From positions 372,001 through 436,000 of the forward strand of contig JAYWIR010000012.1 of the NCBI GenBank assembly GCA_036172245.1: a stretch of 64,000 nucleotides of DNA. Reading direction: 5' to 3'. Shown piece after piece: positions 47,060 to 58,530 of this stretch. The notes beneath the pieces were generated by a model, which saw only the letters and a list, made by a program, of their open reading frames with translations, did not search any database and was not told the origin of the DNA. A program made the position numbers and the translations under genes. Each line of letters starts with the position of its first letter. Within the stretch, counting starts at the first letter, position 1. This DNA comes from Raillietiella orientalis. Its lineage: Eukaryota.

Positions 47060-47470
47060 GCCTGCCGGGGTCCGTCCTCTGCATCCTCTTGAGGACGGCG
47101 GTAAGGTCTTCATTAGTTTTCTTCAGGTGGGAGCCATTTCTTTTCCGTCCACAAAAAGCGTAGGGCGAAGAGTATGGCGCCCCAGGAGCGGCCTCCTTCT
47201 CTGGCGCCGCTCCAAGCCGCCACCATCCCGTGTGGGCAGCGAAAAGCTGCTGGGAATGCGGCAGGCGGCGGAGAGTTCCTGGGATCGCTACGCGGGGTCC
47301 CGAGGGTCGTTGCCGCAAGGCGTTCCCGCAACGATTGCAAGGCAACGCAGTTCACGAGCGAGTGCGCGAGGAATTCGCTTCGCCCGCCCCTGCTGCAGTT
47401 TAGGTCCATCCCTCACCTCCACCACGGGTTCCAGTGATGTCAGCGGGCGTTGTACGACAGGCCCCGATGC
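47060..47470 (-). mobile_element. L1/Tx1-like LINE C-terminal region (copy F)
   Basis: NCSRGGRSEFLAHSLVNCVALQSLRERL and DLTAVLKRMQRT. Confidence 0.8.
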
Positions 47471-49139
47471 AGCAGCAGAAGCGTCTACTCTCCTCCTTAG
47501 ACAAAGGGGAGAGCTGGGAAGCCACTCTCGTGATCATCACGGGAAATCCCCAGGTCTCCCCAGCCTTTCAGCTGGGAGCACTCGGAGTCAGTTAGCTGGC
47601 CCGTGACCCAATCACCTTGGAGCTGATCTTTCACAGGAGACCTCCCCATTCGGCCAGTGGGTTTCTGTAGACGTAACCCCCTCAAGGAAGGCAGCGCCTC
47701 AAAGAAGGAAGTGACCTTGCCTCCGCTGCTCCGGGTGCGTTCCCTGGACCTTGCGAAAGAGGGAAGCGACGGCGACCATCGCCCGGTCCGATGAGAGGGA
47801 CAAGCGAGGGAAGAGGGAAAACCGAGAGAGGGTAGGAGGAAGAACCGAGGAACGGAAAGGTGAAGAATCCAGGAAGAGGTCAAGGAGGGATGCAGGAAGA
47901 AAAGGAGAAAGAATCGAGAAGAATCTTCCTCTGTCCTCCTTGTTTCATCTTGATTTTACTGGATTTTTCCTCTTCCTTCCTAAAGGATACGCACGGGAAG
48001 GGTGGTCTCTCGCGAGCGACGACCACGCTGGGATCGGACCGGAGGAGTCGTTGCTCGCATTCTACCCGAGGTGCCCTCTCTTTGGGACTCCCTCGGCAGC
48101 TTTTCCACCGTTGGCCGGCTCTTTCCTGGAGACACGGCGGCCGCTGTTTCTCCTCGCGGCCCGCGGCGGCACGAAGCAGTGGCAGGGCTTCCGCTCGGCG
48201 CCGTGCCGTCTACGGGTCAGGTCCGGAGGGCAGCGACCGCGCCACCGGCAGCAGTGATGCTACAGTTTTCCGGCAATGCAGCACGCGGACGAGGCGCTCG
48301 GTGGGTGGGAACTGCGGTGGAGGAGCGTCGTTGCTGGCGCGCGACCCTCCTTCGAGCGCCAGCGACGGCGCCCATGGTCGCGAGCCACGCTACCCCGAAC
48401 GGACGGGAAAAAAAAGATCGACAAGCTGATTGACTTAACCCACTGTCGGGAGAGCTCCCCCGCCGCCTTCCGTGGGTCCGTCCTTCCGACGAGGTCCTTC
48501 CTGGTCCCTTTCTTCCCGCTCTTCCCTGTCGTCAGGAATGTCGGCGCGAAGACCCATGCGGGGCGAGACATGCCCATCTCGGTAACTACTTCCGCACATC
48601 CCCACTTGCCAAGGGACGGTCCAAGTGAGCCGATGGCTCGTCCGGAAGATCGCTCTCGAACTGCTTGAATCCCATTGGCTGGTTCACTTCCTCACTTCGC
48701 GCGCCATTGCTTAGCTGCGCGTGCGCCATGCAACTCTCCGTCCCGTTGGTTCTTCCGCGCCGACTCCCCGTTTGATGGCTCCGCTCAGGGTCGTCCTCGC
48801 CATTAGTGGGAACGCGGGAGCGAGGGTCAAGCCTATCCCCTGCTGCCGACCTCGCCTTCCCGAGCCTTCCTCTAGGATGAGCTTCTTGCACCTCCTGCCG
48901 CAGAATCCTCCGCTTGTCCTGCAGCCCGCCTGCTTTGTCTCTCGAAGGGGATGCTCTCGCGCAGGCCGATCCGCTGGCTCATTTCCACCTCCTCCCCTGT
49001 CCCTCCCCTCCCCTGCTGCTGGGCCCTCGGGCGTCCGTGGCTGCGCATCTATCCTCTCCCTCTGAAGATGGTCGTCGGACAGCGCTCCTCATCGGCGCGG
49101 CGGACTTAGCGCCCACGGGGCCAGGGACACCCTTCCTGG

Positions 49140-49720
49140 GCGTCGGATGTCTCATCCGCCACAGGGTGATGCAGATTTCGCCGTGCGGGCTCCTGGAACC
49201 CCCGCCGTCGGCGGGCACGGGCATGCCCACGATGACCCAGCCGCAGGGCGTAGCGGATCCATGCCGGTAGGCGGAGACTCTGGATCTCTGGTGTTTTCGC
49301 AAGGAGGGAGAAGATCCTCCGCTACACTTCCTGGGAGGTCACAATATCCTTTGCAGCAGCCGCCGTCGAAGTCATGGTTGACTTCACGGGAATGCCAGCT
49401 GCCTTCGTCGCTGTAGCGGGCTCGGTTCCATGCGCCGAAGATGCAAGCCGAAGTTCCAAGCATGGAGTCTTCGGTTTCTCCCTGGCAACCGGACCAGCGC
49501 GTCGATGGTCTCTCAACAGTCCCTCCTGGAAACCGGACCGGCGCGAGATGATCTTCGGTACCCAGTGGCGACGTGCGCTCGAGTGTGTGTCCATCGCTCT
49601 TGAATTTCGCCGAGGGAGGTACGTCGCATCCCCTGCTCACTCGGCACTCGTGCAGCAGGTGCTCCCGGGCTGGGGTCCGCCTCTGAAACCCCAAGTCCCT
49701 TCCCTCGGCGCGTCCTTCCC
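49140..49720 (-). mobile_element. Decayed non-LTR (I/Jockey-like) reverse transcriptase remnant
   Basis: SLGEIQER (S.LGK..ER), SGFQEG (Q.GF..G), RLPAWIR (WI..FL) and AGVPG (GVPQG) in order. Confidence 0.45.
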
Positions 49721-52700
49721 TCCGTCCGGGCCTTCTGAGCGGCGTAGGTTTGCTCCCGAGCTGCTCCCACGGGCAGAGAGGCCGACAGCTTCCCGCGAAT
49801 CCTTTCCAGTTTCTCCAAGCCTCTTCCCCGAAGCCTTCTGCGTATCCCGAGGAGGTGGAGGGAGGAGAAAGACGCCTTGAGGAGAGCTGGAAGCCTCTCC
49901 TCCCACGGGAGGGCTTCCCGGAATCCATCGCACACGTAGCGGAGCGGAGCGGTATCCATGACAATGCGTGGTGTCGTCCTTGCCGACCCAGCGGGAGGGA
50001 CGAGTTCCGAACCACAGGGTGAAGAACGGGAGGTGCACGACCGCCTCAAAGGATCCGCGAAAGATCCCAAGGAAGGCGCATGACTCGGATAGCTCCGGTC
50101 ACCCTGTTTCGAGGGATAGGTGGATGGCCGCTGCCCCTTGGGATTCTGAGGGGTGCCTGGAGGCCATCTGGGATGCGTCCGTAGGGAGACGGGCGGGTCA
50201 GCTCATCGCTGGTAGGTAACTTCTCCGTTCAGAAGTACGAAAGACCAGGAGCCTGGGAAGGCAAGGCTGCGGCAACTTTTGTCCTCCCTCCTTGCGCATC
50301 TCCTACGGGTGGGAAGTTGCGGCGAGCGGGCAGCGCCACGCCCCTCTCTGAGGAGGCGGAGCCGCGAACCATCGTTGGCGTCCGCAATCTTCTTCTCGCG
50401 GTTCTCCACCGGCTGAGGGAAGACAGCGGCGCGTGGCCCTCGTGCCGCTGTCTTCCGCCCACTGTCTTGAAAGAAAGCTTTCCCGTCAGGGATCGCTCGA
50501 GGCCATCCTCCAACTCCTCCACTTCTGCCGACCGCGGCAGAAGCGGGCGCTTCACAGACGCCCACACCCTCGCGAGTCGCCGCCTACTGTAGCGGCGGTA
50601 GCCCACCTCCCGTGACAGCTTCCCTCGCGCCTCCGGCAGATGTCAGTCGAGCTTGGGAGACGCGCGGCAGCGGCATGGGCGCAGAATAGGGGAACGCGGC
50701 AACCTCTCCTGATGCAAGCGGCGGCTTCCTATCTGATCTGCGGTGGTATCGAGGATAAAGGACGTGCACCGCTCACTCCGAGACGGCACCTCCAGGAAAC
50801 AGGGTTCAGGAGCGGAAGCATCGACGAAGAGATTCCTCGAGCTGGAGGCAGCGTCCCCTCCCGCGCCAGAAGGTTCCTGCGGAGGGCTGAGGCTCCCTCA
50901 GAGCGCGCGTGCCTACAGCCACTGTTCACAAACTCCTCCATTGTCCGCTGCTTGCTCCGAAAACCTTGACTCCTCCTCCTCCTGTTCTTCCTCCCCTTTC
51001 CCTTCCCTTTCCTCGATTCTCCCTCCACAAGTTCCGTTCTTTATGCTCATGCTATTCGACTTTTTGCTCCTTCTTCTCCCTCCTCACCCTCCGTTCACCT
51101 TCCTCCTTCACATCTGCAGCTTCCCCCCCGCTCTTCTATCGCGGAGTGTGGATGGAGTGGGTCGGAGGCTCATCCTCGCACCTTCCTCAGAGCAGTTACT
51201 GAAGGACAGTGGAAGGTGAGGCGGCGGAACCCTCCCCGATCCTCTCCAAGGAAAACCCCTTAGAATCTGCTGCCCTGCCATCCCTCCCCATCTCTCACAT
51301 CCACTCTTCCCTCCTCTCTTCTGGGAACTTCGTAATTCCTCACTGAAGGGGCACCGACAAGACGGCCGTCGCAACCCTGCATTTTCTCCTACCCACCGCA
51401 GTGCCGCAGAGGCGGCCGACTTCCCTGTTGCCCTCGTGCTGCGACCCCGTGGCAGTCGGTGTCCCGAGAGCCCAAGCACCCTCTCGCGACGGCACTTGCT
51501 CTCCCTTGCTCCTCCTATTCTGCTTCCCCCCCCCCCCCACTTCCCCCCTTCCGACGCAGTGCAACCCCTTGTAAGGCGATAGCGACGGCTGAGACTCAGC
51601 GGTAAGGCGCTCACGTGACCATGGGAACAGCTCCTCCTCCTTGCTACGGGAGGTTGTCCGCAGCCAGGAGGCGAATATAGCGAGCAGCGTACGGCTTCGC
51701 GAAGTGACGGAGCCGCATTCGGGTTGATCTCGCCTAGGGGAGAGAAACCAGGAGCGGCAGGGGATAGGGAAGCGAATCCCTTCCGCCCCCTCTTCGACCC
51801 GCGAGGAGCCGAACCGCCCTCTTTCTAGTCGTCCCTTCGCTCAGGAGGACGGACTCCATTCTTCACTCCTGGTCGAGGGTTCGCCGCGCTCCAAGAGACT
51901 AACGGACACGCCCCTTTTCGTTTCCTCCGGCTCTCCTCCCGTCTTCCACATTTCCTCCCTTTCTCCAGCAAAAGTCGTCACGGCGCTTCCCAGCAGAAAC
52001 CGTCCTGCGCGAATCCCAAGGAAGAGCGAGAGTTCTTCGTGGTGATCCCTCCCCTCCTTCTCCTCTTCCTCTCTCCTTCCTCTTCTTCCTGTTTTCTTCT
52101 CCCTCCTGACGGGGAGGAGAAGAGGGAGAAGTCACGAGGTGCCACCCTGCGCCGCGGAGTGCCGGCTGCTGCCACCACCGCCACGGCAACAGTAGGATTG
52201 ACGGGGTAAGGGCATGGAAGCGGTAGATCGATGGAAGCTGCAAGGGACGAGGAGGAGGAGGAAGAGGTAGGGAGAACGGCGCGCTCATGGTGCTGCTGCG
52301 GGCAGCGACGGGCTGCTTTGGTATCGTCTCCACCCCTCGCCGCTGTTGGTTCACGACGGTAATGGCGTTGTTGGCGAAAGAGTCGTCCTCGTCTTTGCTT
52401 CCAGGGATGGCTGACGACGGCGTTGTTTATCTCGACGCCGCTTCAGTTGCTGCTGGTACCGAGGTCGTCGTTGCTGTCTTCGCGGCTGCTGCTGCCGTGG
52501 ATGATGGTGATCGAGGTGATCGCGATGTGGACGGAGGTCGCGAAGCTGATGGCAACCTCGATAGTGGCGCCGGTTATGCTATTGACAGCGCTGACCACGT
52601 TGCAGATCCTGGAAGAGGGGAGGATGACGAGGAGGAGGCTGCATCCTGTCGCGAAAACCTGAGCTTTTCCTCTCCTCCGTGCTCGACAGCAAGGCAAGGG

Positions 52701-53174
52701 ATGAGAGCCCCAGCAGGAAGTCTGACCAACCTTCGGTGACCTGGCAGCCACGGGAGTCGTCCAACGTTTCTCCGAGATGGCAGATGGGGACGGAGGCGGC
52801 CGCGGTCTTGGCAACGGATCCCCCTTGCTCCTCCTCCCCCCCTCTGCCGCGGAGAGGTGAGAGACGAACAAGAGGCAGCGCGCACATCCTCACTTCCCCG
52901 CGTATGCCCTCCATCTGGAGCGCGCCCGTGCCATCTCGATTGTCCTCTTCCCCGGGCGAGCGGTGACGAGAAGCGCGCACCTCCTCCTCCGCCTCCGCCC
53001 ACACGTGACCGTGGTGGACCAATGGAGGTGCCGCTGTCCTCCCACGGCGCGGACCAGCGGTACGGCGGCCGCGCGTCTTCTCGCGCGGCGCGCCAGTCGG
53101 TTCGCCCCCGTGCGCAACAGAGGAAGGCGGAGGAGGAGGTCGCCGCTGCCGTCGCGACCCTCCCGAAGTGACTC

Positions 53175-53207
53175 CAGCAGCAGCAACAGCAGCAGCAGCA
53201 GCAGCAG
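53175..53207. repeat. (CAG)n trinucleotide repeat, 11 units with one CAA
   Basis: cag cag cag caa cag cag cag cag cag cag cag. Confidence 0.95.
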
Positions 53208-54129
53208 CCCGTGGGCCGCCCGCAGCGCTGGCTTCCTCCCTCAGGGATTCGCCGCTGCCTCAGCCACCCTGGTAAAGCCCCGCCCGCCCTCTCTGCCCTT
53301 CCGCTACCCGCAGGCGGTGCTGCCCGGGTCGGCTCTCTGCAGGTGCCCTTCCTCCCTCCCCTTTTGTCGGAACCCTCTGCCCCCCAGGGGCAGCGAGGGG
53401 GCTCGATCCGGGAAAGTCCCCCGGGAGCGCCGGCCGGGGGCTTCCAAGCAGAAGAAGGTAAGGGGAGGGTCCCTTTTTATCCGTCCCTTCCGGGGTTAGG
53501 AACAAAACGCAGGGATGGGGTGGGCGGGAGAGAAAAGGAGTCACCAAGGGGGATCTCGCTGCCCTCCGCGTGGGACAGGGTAAACCGCCGCCACCCACCC
53601 TCTTGCCCCTCGGTTTGTCCTTCGTGCCCACCAGCCACGCCTCCTTCCCTCAGCATTTGCGGGATCCGGAGGGAGTCGCTCCCACGGAGTACCCCAGAGC
53701 CGGCCACAGGCACGGAAGCTCCGCCCAGGCAGCGGGCGCGAGAGCCCCGAAACTTGCCCCGGAGGGCAGCTTCCTTTCCGGCCCCTCCCCTTCGAGGCAG
53801 GCAAGGCAGTGGAAAGCATCAGACCGCGCGCTCGCTGAGAAAAGCGGGCGAACCGAGGGCTAAAGGGCCGGAGGGCAGAGGCGAGTCCACCCACAGCGCC
53901 CTTGGACCTCAGCGGCTCGTACACGCCCTTTCGAGCGCTCTCTTCTGGGAAACCTCGCGGGTGCTGTCCGCCGGCATGCGAGCGTTCCTGGCGACGCGGC
54001 CCTTGGGCGCGGTGCGTCGAGTGCGAAGCGCAGCTGCGCGCCCCCGTGCTGGAGGGTCATAAAACGGAGGCGACGGAAGTCGTCGCGCTGGTCGCTTCTG
54101 GTCACCTTGGGATTGCCCCCTGGTCGCTC

Positions 54130-54430
54130 TTCCTACTCACCCCTTCCTCCACTTTTTCTCTTCAAGTCCCTTCTTCCTCCTCTACCATTTCTCCTCTTCC
54201 CTTCCCCCTTCTCCTCCCTTTCTTCTGCTTTCCTCTTTCTCCTCCCTTCCTCCTCCTCCGCCTTTCTCCACCTTTTCCCTTTCTCCTCCTCCTCCTTTCT
54301 CCTCTTCTCTTCCTCCTCCTTTTCCTCTCCTGCTCTTCTCCCTTTCTTCTCTATTCCCCTCTTCCTCCTCCTCCTTTCTCCCCTTCTTTTCCTCCCATTT
54401 TCTTTTTCCTCTTCTTCCTCTTTCCCTTGT
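54130..54430. repeat. Pyrimidine-rich (CCT/CTT)n low-complexity tract
   Basis: About 300 bp that is almost entirely C and T. Confidence 0.9.
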
Positions 54431-55620
54431 TTCCCGCCGAAGGAAGGCGGAGGCGCCGGCGACCAGCACCCACCAGAGCCGGCCAGAGTCGCTTACCCTT
54501 CCAGGCCCTTTCTGGGGACTGAACGGCCTCCCTCCTTCGAGTAGCGCGGAGTTCTGTTTGGAATTGTCGTCCTTCGTTCCTCCCGCCACTGCCGCCGCCT
54601 CCCTCCATCGCCGCGGGGGTCGTTTCTCCCAGACCGCCCCTTTCTCTCCCTGCGACCTCCCGTCTTCCTCCCCCGCCGCCACCAGCCAGGTGGCGGCGAG
54701 GCGCGTCCATCGCCACGGCCACCACGAAGGACGCGCGAGACTCCGCCTGATGGACGCTCTCGCGGAGCCGAGCTAGGAGGAGTCGTAAATCAGATTTTCC
54801 GGTTGGATGCTGCGGTCGTTTCTCAGAGTTATTCCCGCGGACGTCAGGCGTCCGGAAAGAAAGATCCAATAATAAATCGCCGCGCTCCTCCTCCTCCCTC
54901 CCTTCTTCCCTCTCTCTCTCTCTCCACTTCCTCCCTCCTCGGCATGGGCGCGCTCTCTTTTCTCGGCTGACCGGCAAGAGTCACATTCCCGCGCGCCTGA
55001 TCACGTGTCCGCGGCAACACGAGTCGTCCCGGGAGCAGTTCCCCTCCCTCCTTCCCGGGGGGAACCTTTCGAGGTGCGCGGCGCGCCGGGACTTCCTTCC
55101 CGAACCGCCGCCGTCCCTCTTCTGGGGAAAGGAAGGAAGGGTGTGCGGGGAGGAGGAAGGCTCCAGCGGCACCGCCAGACCCGCGCCCGCCGCCACCGCA
55201 GGACGGCGGGGGAGACGCGGCGCTTCCGCCGGTGGTCCGTCCGGTAGCGGACGGCTGCCGCCGCAGTCTCTTCGGAGCCGCCGTCCCGAACTCCGCCGCT
55301 CCGGAGGGAAGGTGATTTACCGCGGGCGCACGCGCGCGCAGGGAACCCCGGCCGCTCGGGCGGGCACGCGCGCGCGCGCCAGCGGCGGGCCGCCTCCGGC
55401 GAGCGGCGCCTCTCGCGGGCGGCCGGGGGAAGCGAGCGGCTTCTCGCTCTCGCGCGTGGGCTGTGGCGGCGGCGGAGGGGCATCCATTCGATCCACTTTT
55501 CCCTGGAGACGCCATCCTCCGCCATCCCTCCCGTGATGGACGCTCCTCGTGTGTCATCCGACGGTGCGTCTGAGCGCTCCTCTCTCTCCTTCCCTGCTCT
55601 CTCTTTCCAAAAATGCAAGG

Positions 55621-55695
55621 AAAAAAAAAAAAAAAAAAACTCGCACGCACACGCGCGCGCACGCGCGCGCACGCACGCACACGCACACGCACACC
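55621..55695. repeat. Poly(A) followed by a (GC)n/(GCAC)n alternating purine-pyrimidine tract
   Basis: A-run followed by gcacgcacacgcgcgcgcacgcgcgcgcacgcacgcac. Confidence 0.9.
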
Positions 55696-56399
55696 TATAT
55701 CAAGAATGTCAATTGGTTCCATAACTTATTCTAAATTATGGAATGTTTCCGACATTTATCACTGTGTTGTTGCCAGGAAACATCTCCAGACTTCAAAACA
55801 TCAGATTAATTTTTGTATTTTTGAAGAAATTGCGACGTTAAATGTTTCCGCGTCCTTGAGGGGAGGCGAAATCTCTAAATTGGATTCAAATAAGTTACAT
55901 CTCCGCGGCGGCTGAGACGCGTCTCTCTCGATGCGCTCCCGCGTCCTGTGGATTCGGCTTTTCCCTCCCCCCCTCTTCCTCTCCTCCTCCGCCGAGGTTC
56001 CCTTCCACACCGTTGCCTTCTCTCCCGGCTCTTCTTCTTCCTCCGCTCCTTCCGCGGACGGACCGAAAACAGGAAAATCCTGCTCGCCAGACCTCCTCGC
56101 AGACAAAACAAGCAGTCAGGAGACACGGGTGGGAGGCAGGACGGCCGAAGAGTCCAAGGATGCTCCGGTGTCGGGTCTGACTGTCCCTCCGCATCTCCCA
56201 CGTGCATATTTCCCCCTTTCTTCGCCCTCCGCCGTGACGACTTTCTTCCTTTTCCTCCAAAAGAGGATCGATCGATCATCCCCTTGCACGCGGAACTCGC
56301 GCCACACAGAGAGATGCCACACACAGGCAGCGCGGCACGCGTGCCGCACGGAGAGACACAAACACTCTCCACACGCTCGTGTCGCGCGCGGACAAACAG

Positions 56400-57000
56400 A
56401 GGCGCTCAGGTGGACGGAGGTTCTACCAGGCGGGTGCGGGAACGCAGGGAGTGGGAATATAGCGTAGGAGATTGGAGCACAGGCGCTGACCGGAGCATGA
56501 GGGGTGATCAGCAGGGAGACAGGCGTCGCGTGTACGGATGCTGTGCTCCTTCGGCTCCGTGGGGGCTCATGCTCATACGCGAGCGACCTGCGTCGCATGA
56601 AGGCAAAGGGGTCGTCCTCGATGGTGGTTCCAAAGGTGGACGCGTCAGGGTGCCTCATGGGCTTTTCCTTTAGGATCACCAACAGGTGCTTCGGGCGAGC
56701 CGACGCGAGATAGCGCCTCGCGCTTATTTCCGGAATGACACCCGTCCCTTGAGAAAGCCCCATTTCCTTAGCGCCTTCCCTCCGTCCCATTTCCTCCCTG
56801 CTTCGCGGGTCCGGAACTGCTGAAGGTCGCCAATCTGGAGACTGGGTTTTCCGCAGAGTCTTTCCCCCGAGAAGAGGACCGCGGAGAGCTTCCGTGAAAG
56901 ATTGCCAGTGTCCCCTGGGCGGTCCGGGAAAGTCTGCCTTAGCAGCGCTTCCCTTCCGTCCCGCTTACCTCGCGTGCTTTGGAGAGAGCCGCTTTTGGGA
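56400..57000 (-). mobile_element. Possible L1-clade RT remnant
   Basis: EVSGTEG (K.PG.DG), KHLLVILKEK (K.L..IL..R) and PFAFMRRRS (Q.AF..GRS). Weak. Confidence 0.3.
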
Positions 57001-58199
57001 CAGCCGGCCTCATCGTGTCAGGTGGGAGGTCATCTCCGTGCTTTCCGCCTCCCTCCTGAGGACCACGTCTCGGGTCTTCCTTAGCGAATGCCTCCGAATT
57101 CTCTGCCCCCCACTCTCCAGGAAGCTCTGATGTCTCAGAACCTCGAAACTCTCGGAACCGACCTCCTCGGAGGTCGGTTCCGAGAGAACAGGTCGCACAG
57201 GTCGCGGCGAGTGCGAGCACTCCTTGCTGCAAAACCGTGGCAACCCGAACGACGCGTCCATCCCGGCGCTTCCGGGATGCGACACGAGGGACGTCTCGCG
57301 TCCAGCGTGATGGCTAGCAGGTGTTCTTCTTGCTCCGGAGAATGGAACTTTTCACCTCGAGACCCTAGCGAGGCCAGGCCGGGGCGAACCGTGCTGCAGT
57401 CATCCACGTGGTCGCCTCCCCTCCTCCCCTCGTCTTTGCCCTCGCCGTCGCCCCTAGCTAAGAATCTTCGCGCTCCCGTCCAGGCGTAGACCCACGACGT
57501 GCATGGGGAATTCCTCTCTTCCTCAAACAGGAAGGTCCATCATATTCTTTGTGCTGGAGTCCTCCCCCGGAGCGGAAGAGCGAGTGACCAGCGAGCGGAT
57601 CTTCCAACCGCTCGCTGGTCACGGCGGAGCATCGCTAAGGAGCGGACGCGAACAGACGAAAGGGTGGAGTGGAAACTTCCCCAGGAGGGAAACGGGAGCG
57701 GTGCGGCGGATTCCCTTGAAAGTCCTCCGACCTTTTCCCGCTTGCTGACTTCCCGACCTTCGACGCGGAGCGCAAAGGAGAGGAGGGGGAAGAAGAGGCT
57801 CGGAATCGTCTGGAAATTCGGGGGAAGTTTCCGAGCACCCGCCGGCTCCGCCCTTCGTCGAGGAGGCGAGAGAACCCTGGAACCAGCAATCTCCTCCTCT
57901 CCCGTTGCCCCAGGAAACGCGTTAGAAGCCACACACCTGCCGGAAAGGCGGAATCAGCGGCACCAGAAAGAAAGGAGCTGCCGCGGGTTTACCTCCGGAC
58001 ATTCGGACGCAACCCTTCGGGAAAATTGCCCGCTTCGGGAGAAGAGATGAAATGGAGGCCGCGCCTTTTCTCCAGGGACGAAACGAATCCATCAAAGAAG
58101 GAGCGCGAAGATGCAGCAGCTGGAGAGTGCGAAGAACACGTGAAAGAGTCCTCGAGCGCGCCACGAGCGCGGAGGCTGCGGCCTCACAGCCCCACTTGG

Positions 58200-58530
58200 C
58201 AGCGGCCATGCGGCGGCTCCTCTCGCAGCACCGAACGTCGCGGGTTCGAATCCCGCCGGGGAAGGGTCGATGCCGAGAAATCGGGGTTGCGTTGCGGGTT
58301 TGGAGTACTCCCCCCGCAAGATGACGCTGGTTGGCCTCTTCCCTCGGAGGCTTCTTGGATTCATAGGGTGGTCCCTTTGGGGTCACCCGCTCACTGAAGA
58401 GTTACGTGAGGGCAAGCAGGGAGAGGGTTCCCTTCGTAGTTCCCTCCCAAGCGTTAGAGGAACGGACTGCTTTCTCCGAGCCTTCCTGGATTCATATTCC
58501 ATTCGCCGTACGGGGTCATCCCTAACCCAC
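58200..58530 (+). mobile_element. tRNA-headed SINE-like element with internal deletion and duplicated tail module (copy 8)
   Basis: Perfect B-box ggttcgaatcc at 58243-58253. cccgcaagatgacgctggttggcct is joined directly to the tail, and tggattcata occurs twice. Confidence 0.85.

Larger units (their letters stand above)
52900..55700. promoter_or_regulatory. CpG-island-like block; possible promoter or first exon
   Basis: Very CG-dense (cgcgcg runs), no recognisable TE motifs, a CAG tract and a canonical donor AAG|GTAAGG at 53455-53463. No protein homology recognised. Confidence 0.3.
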
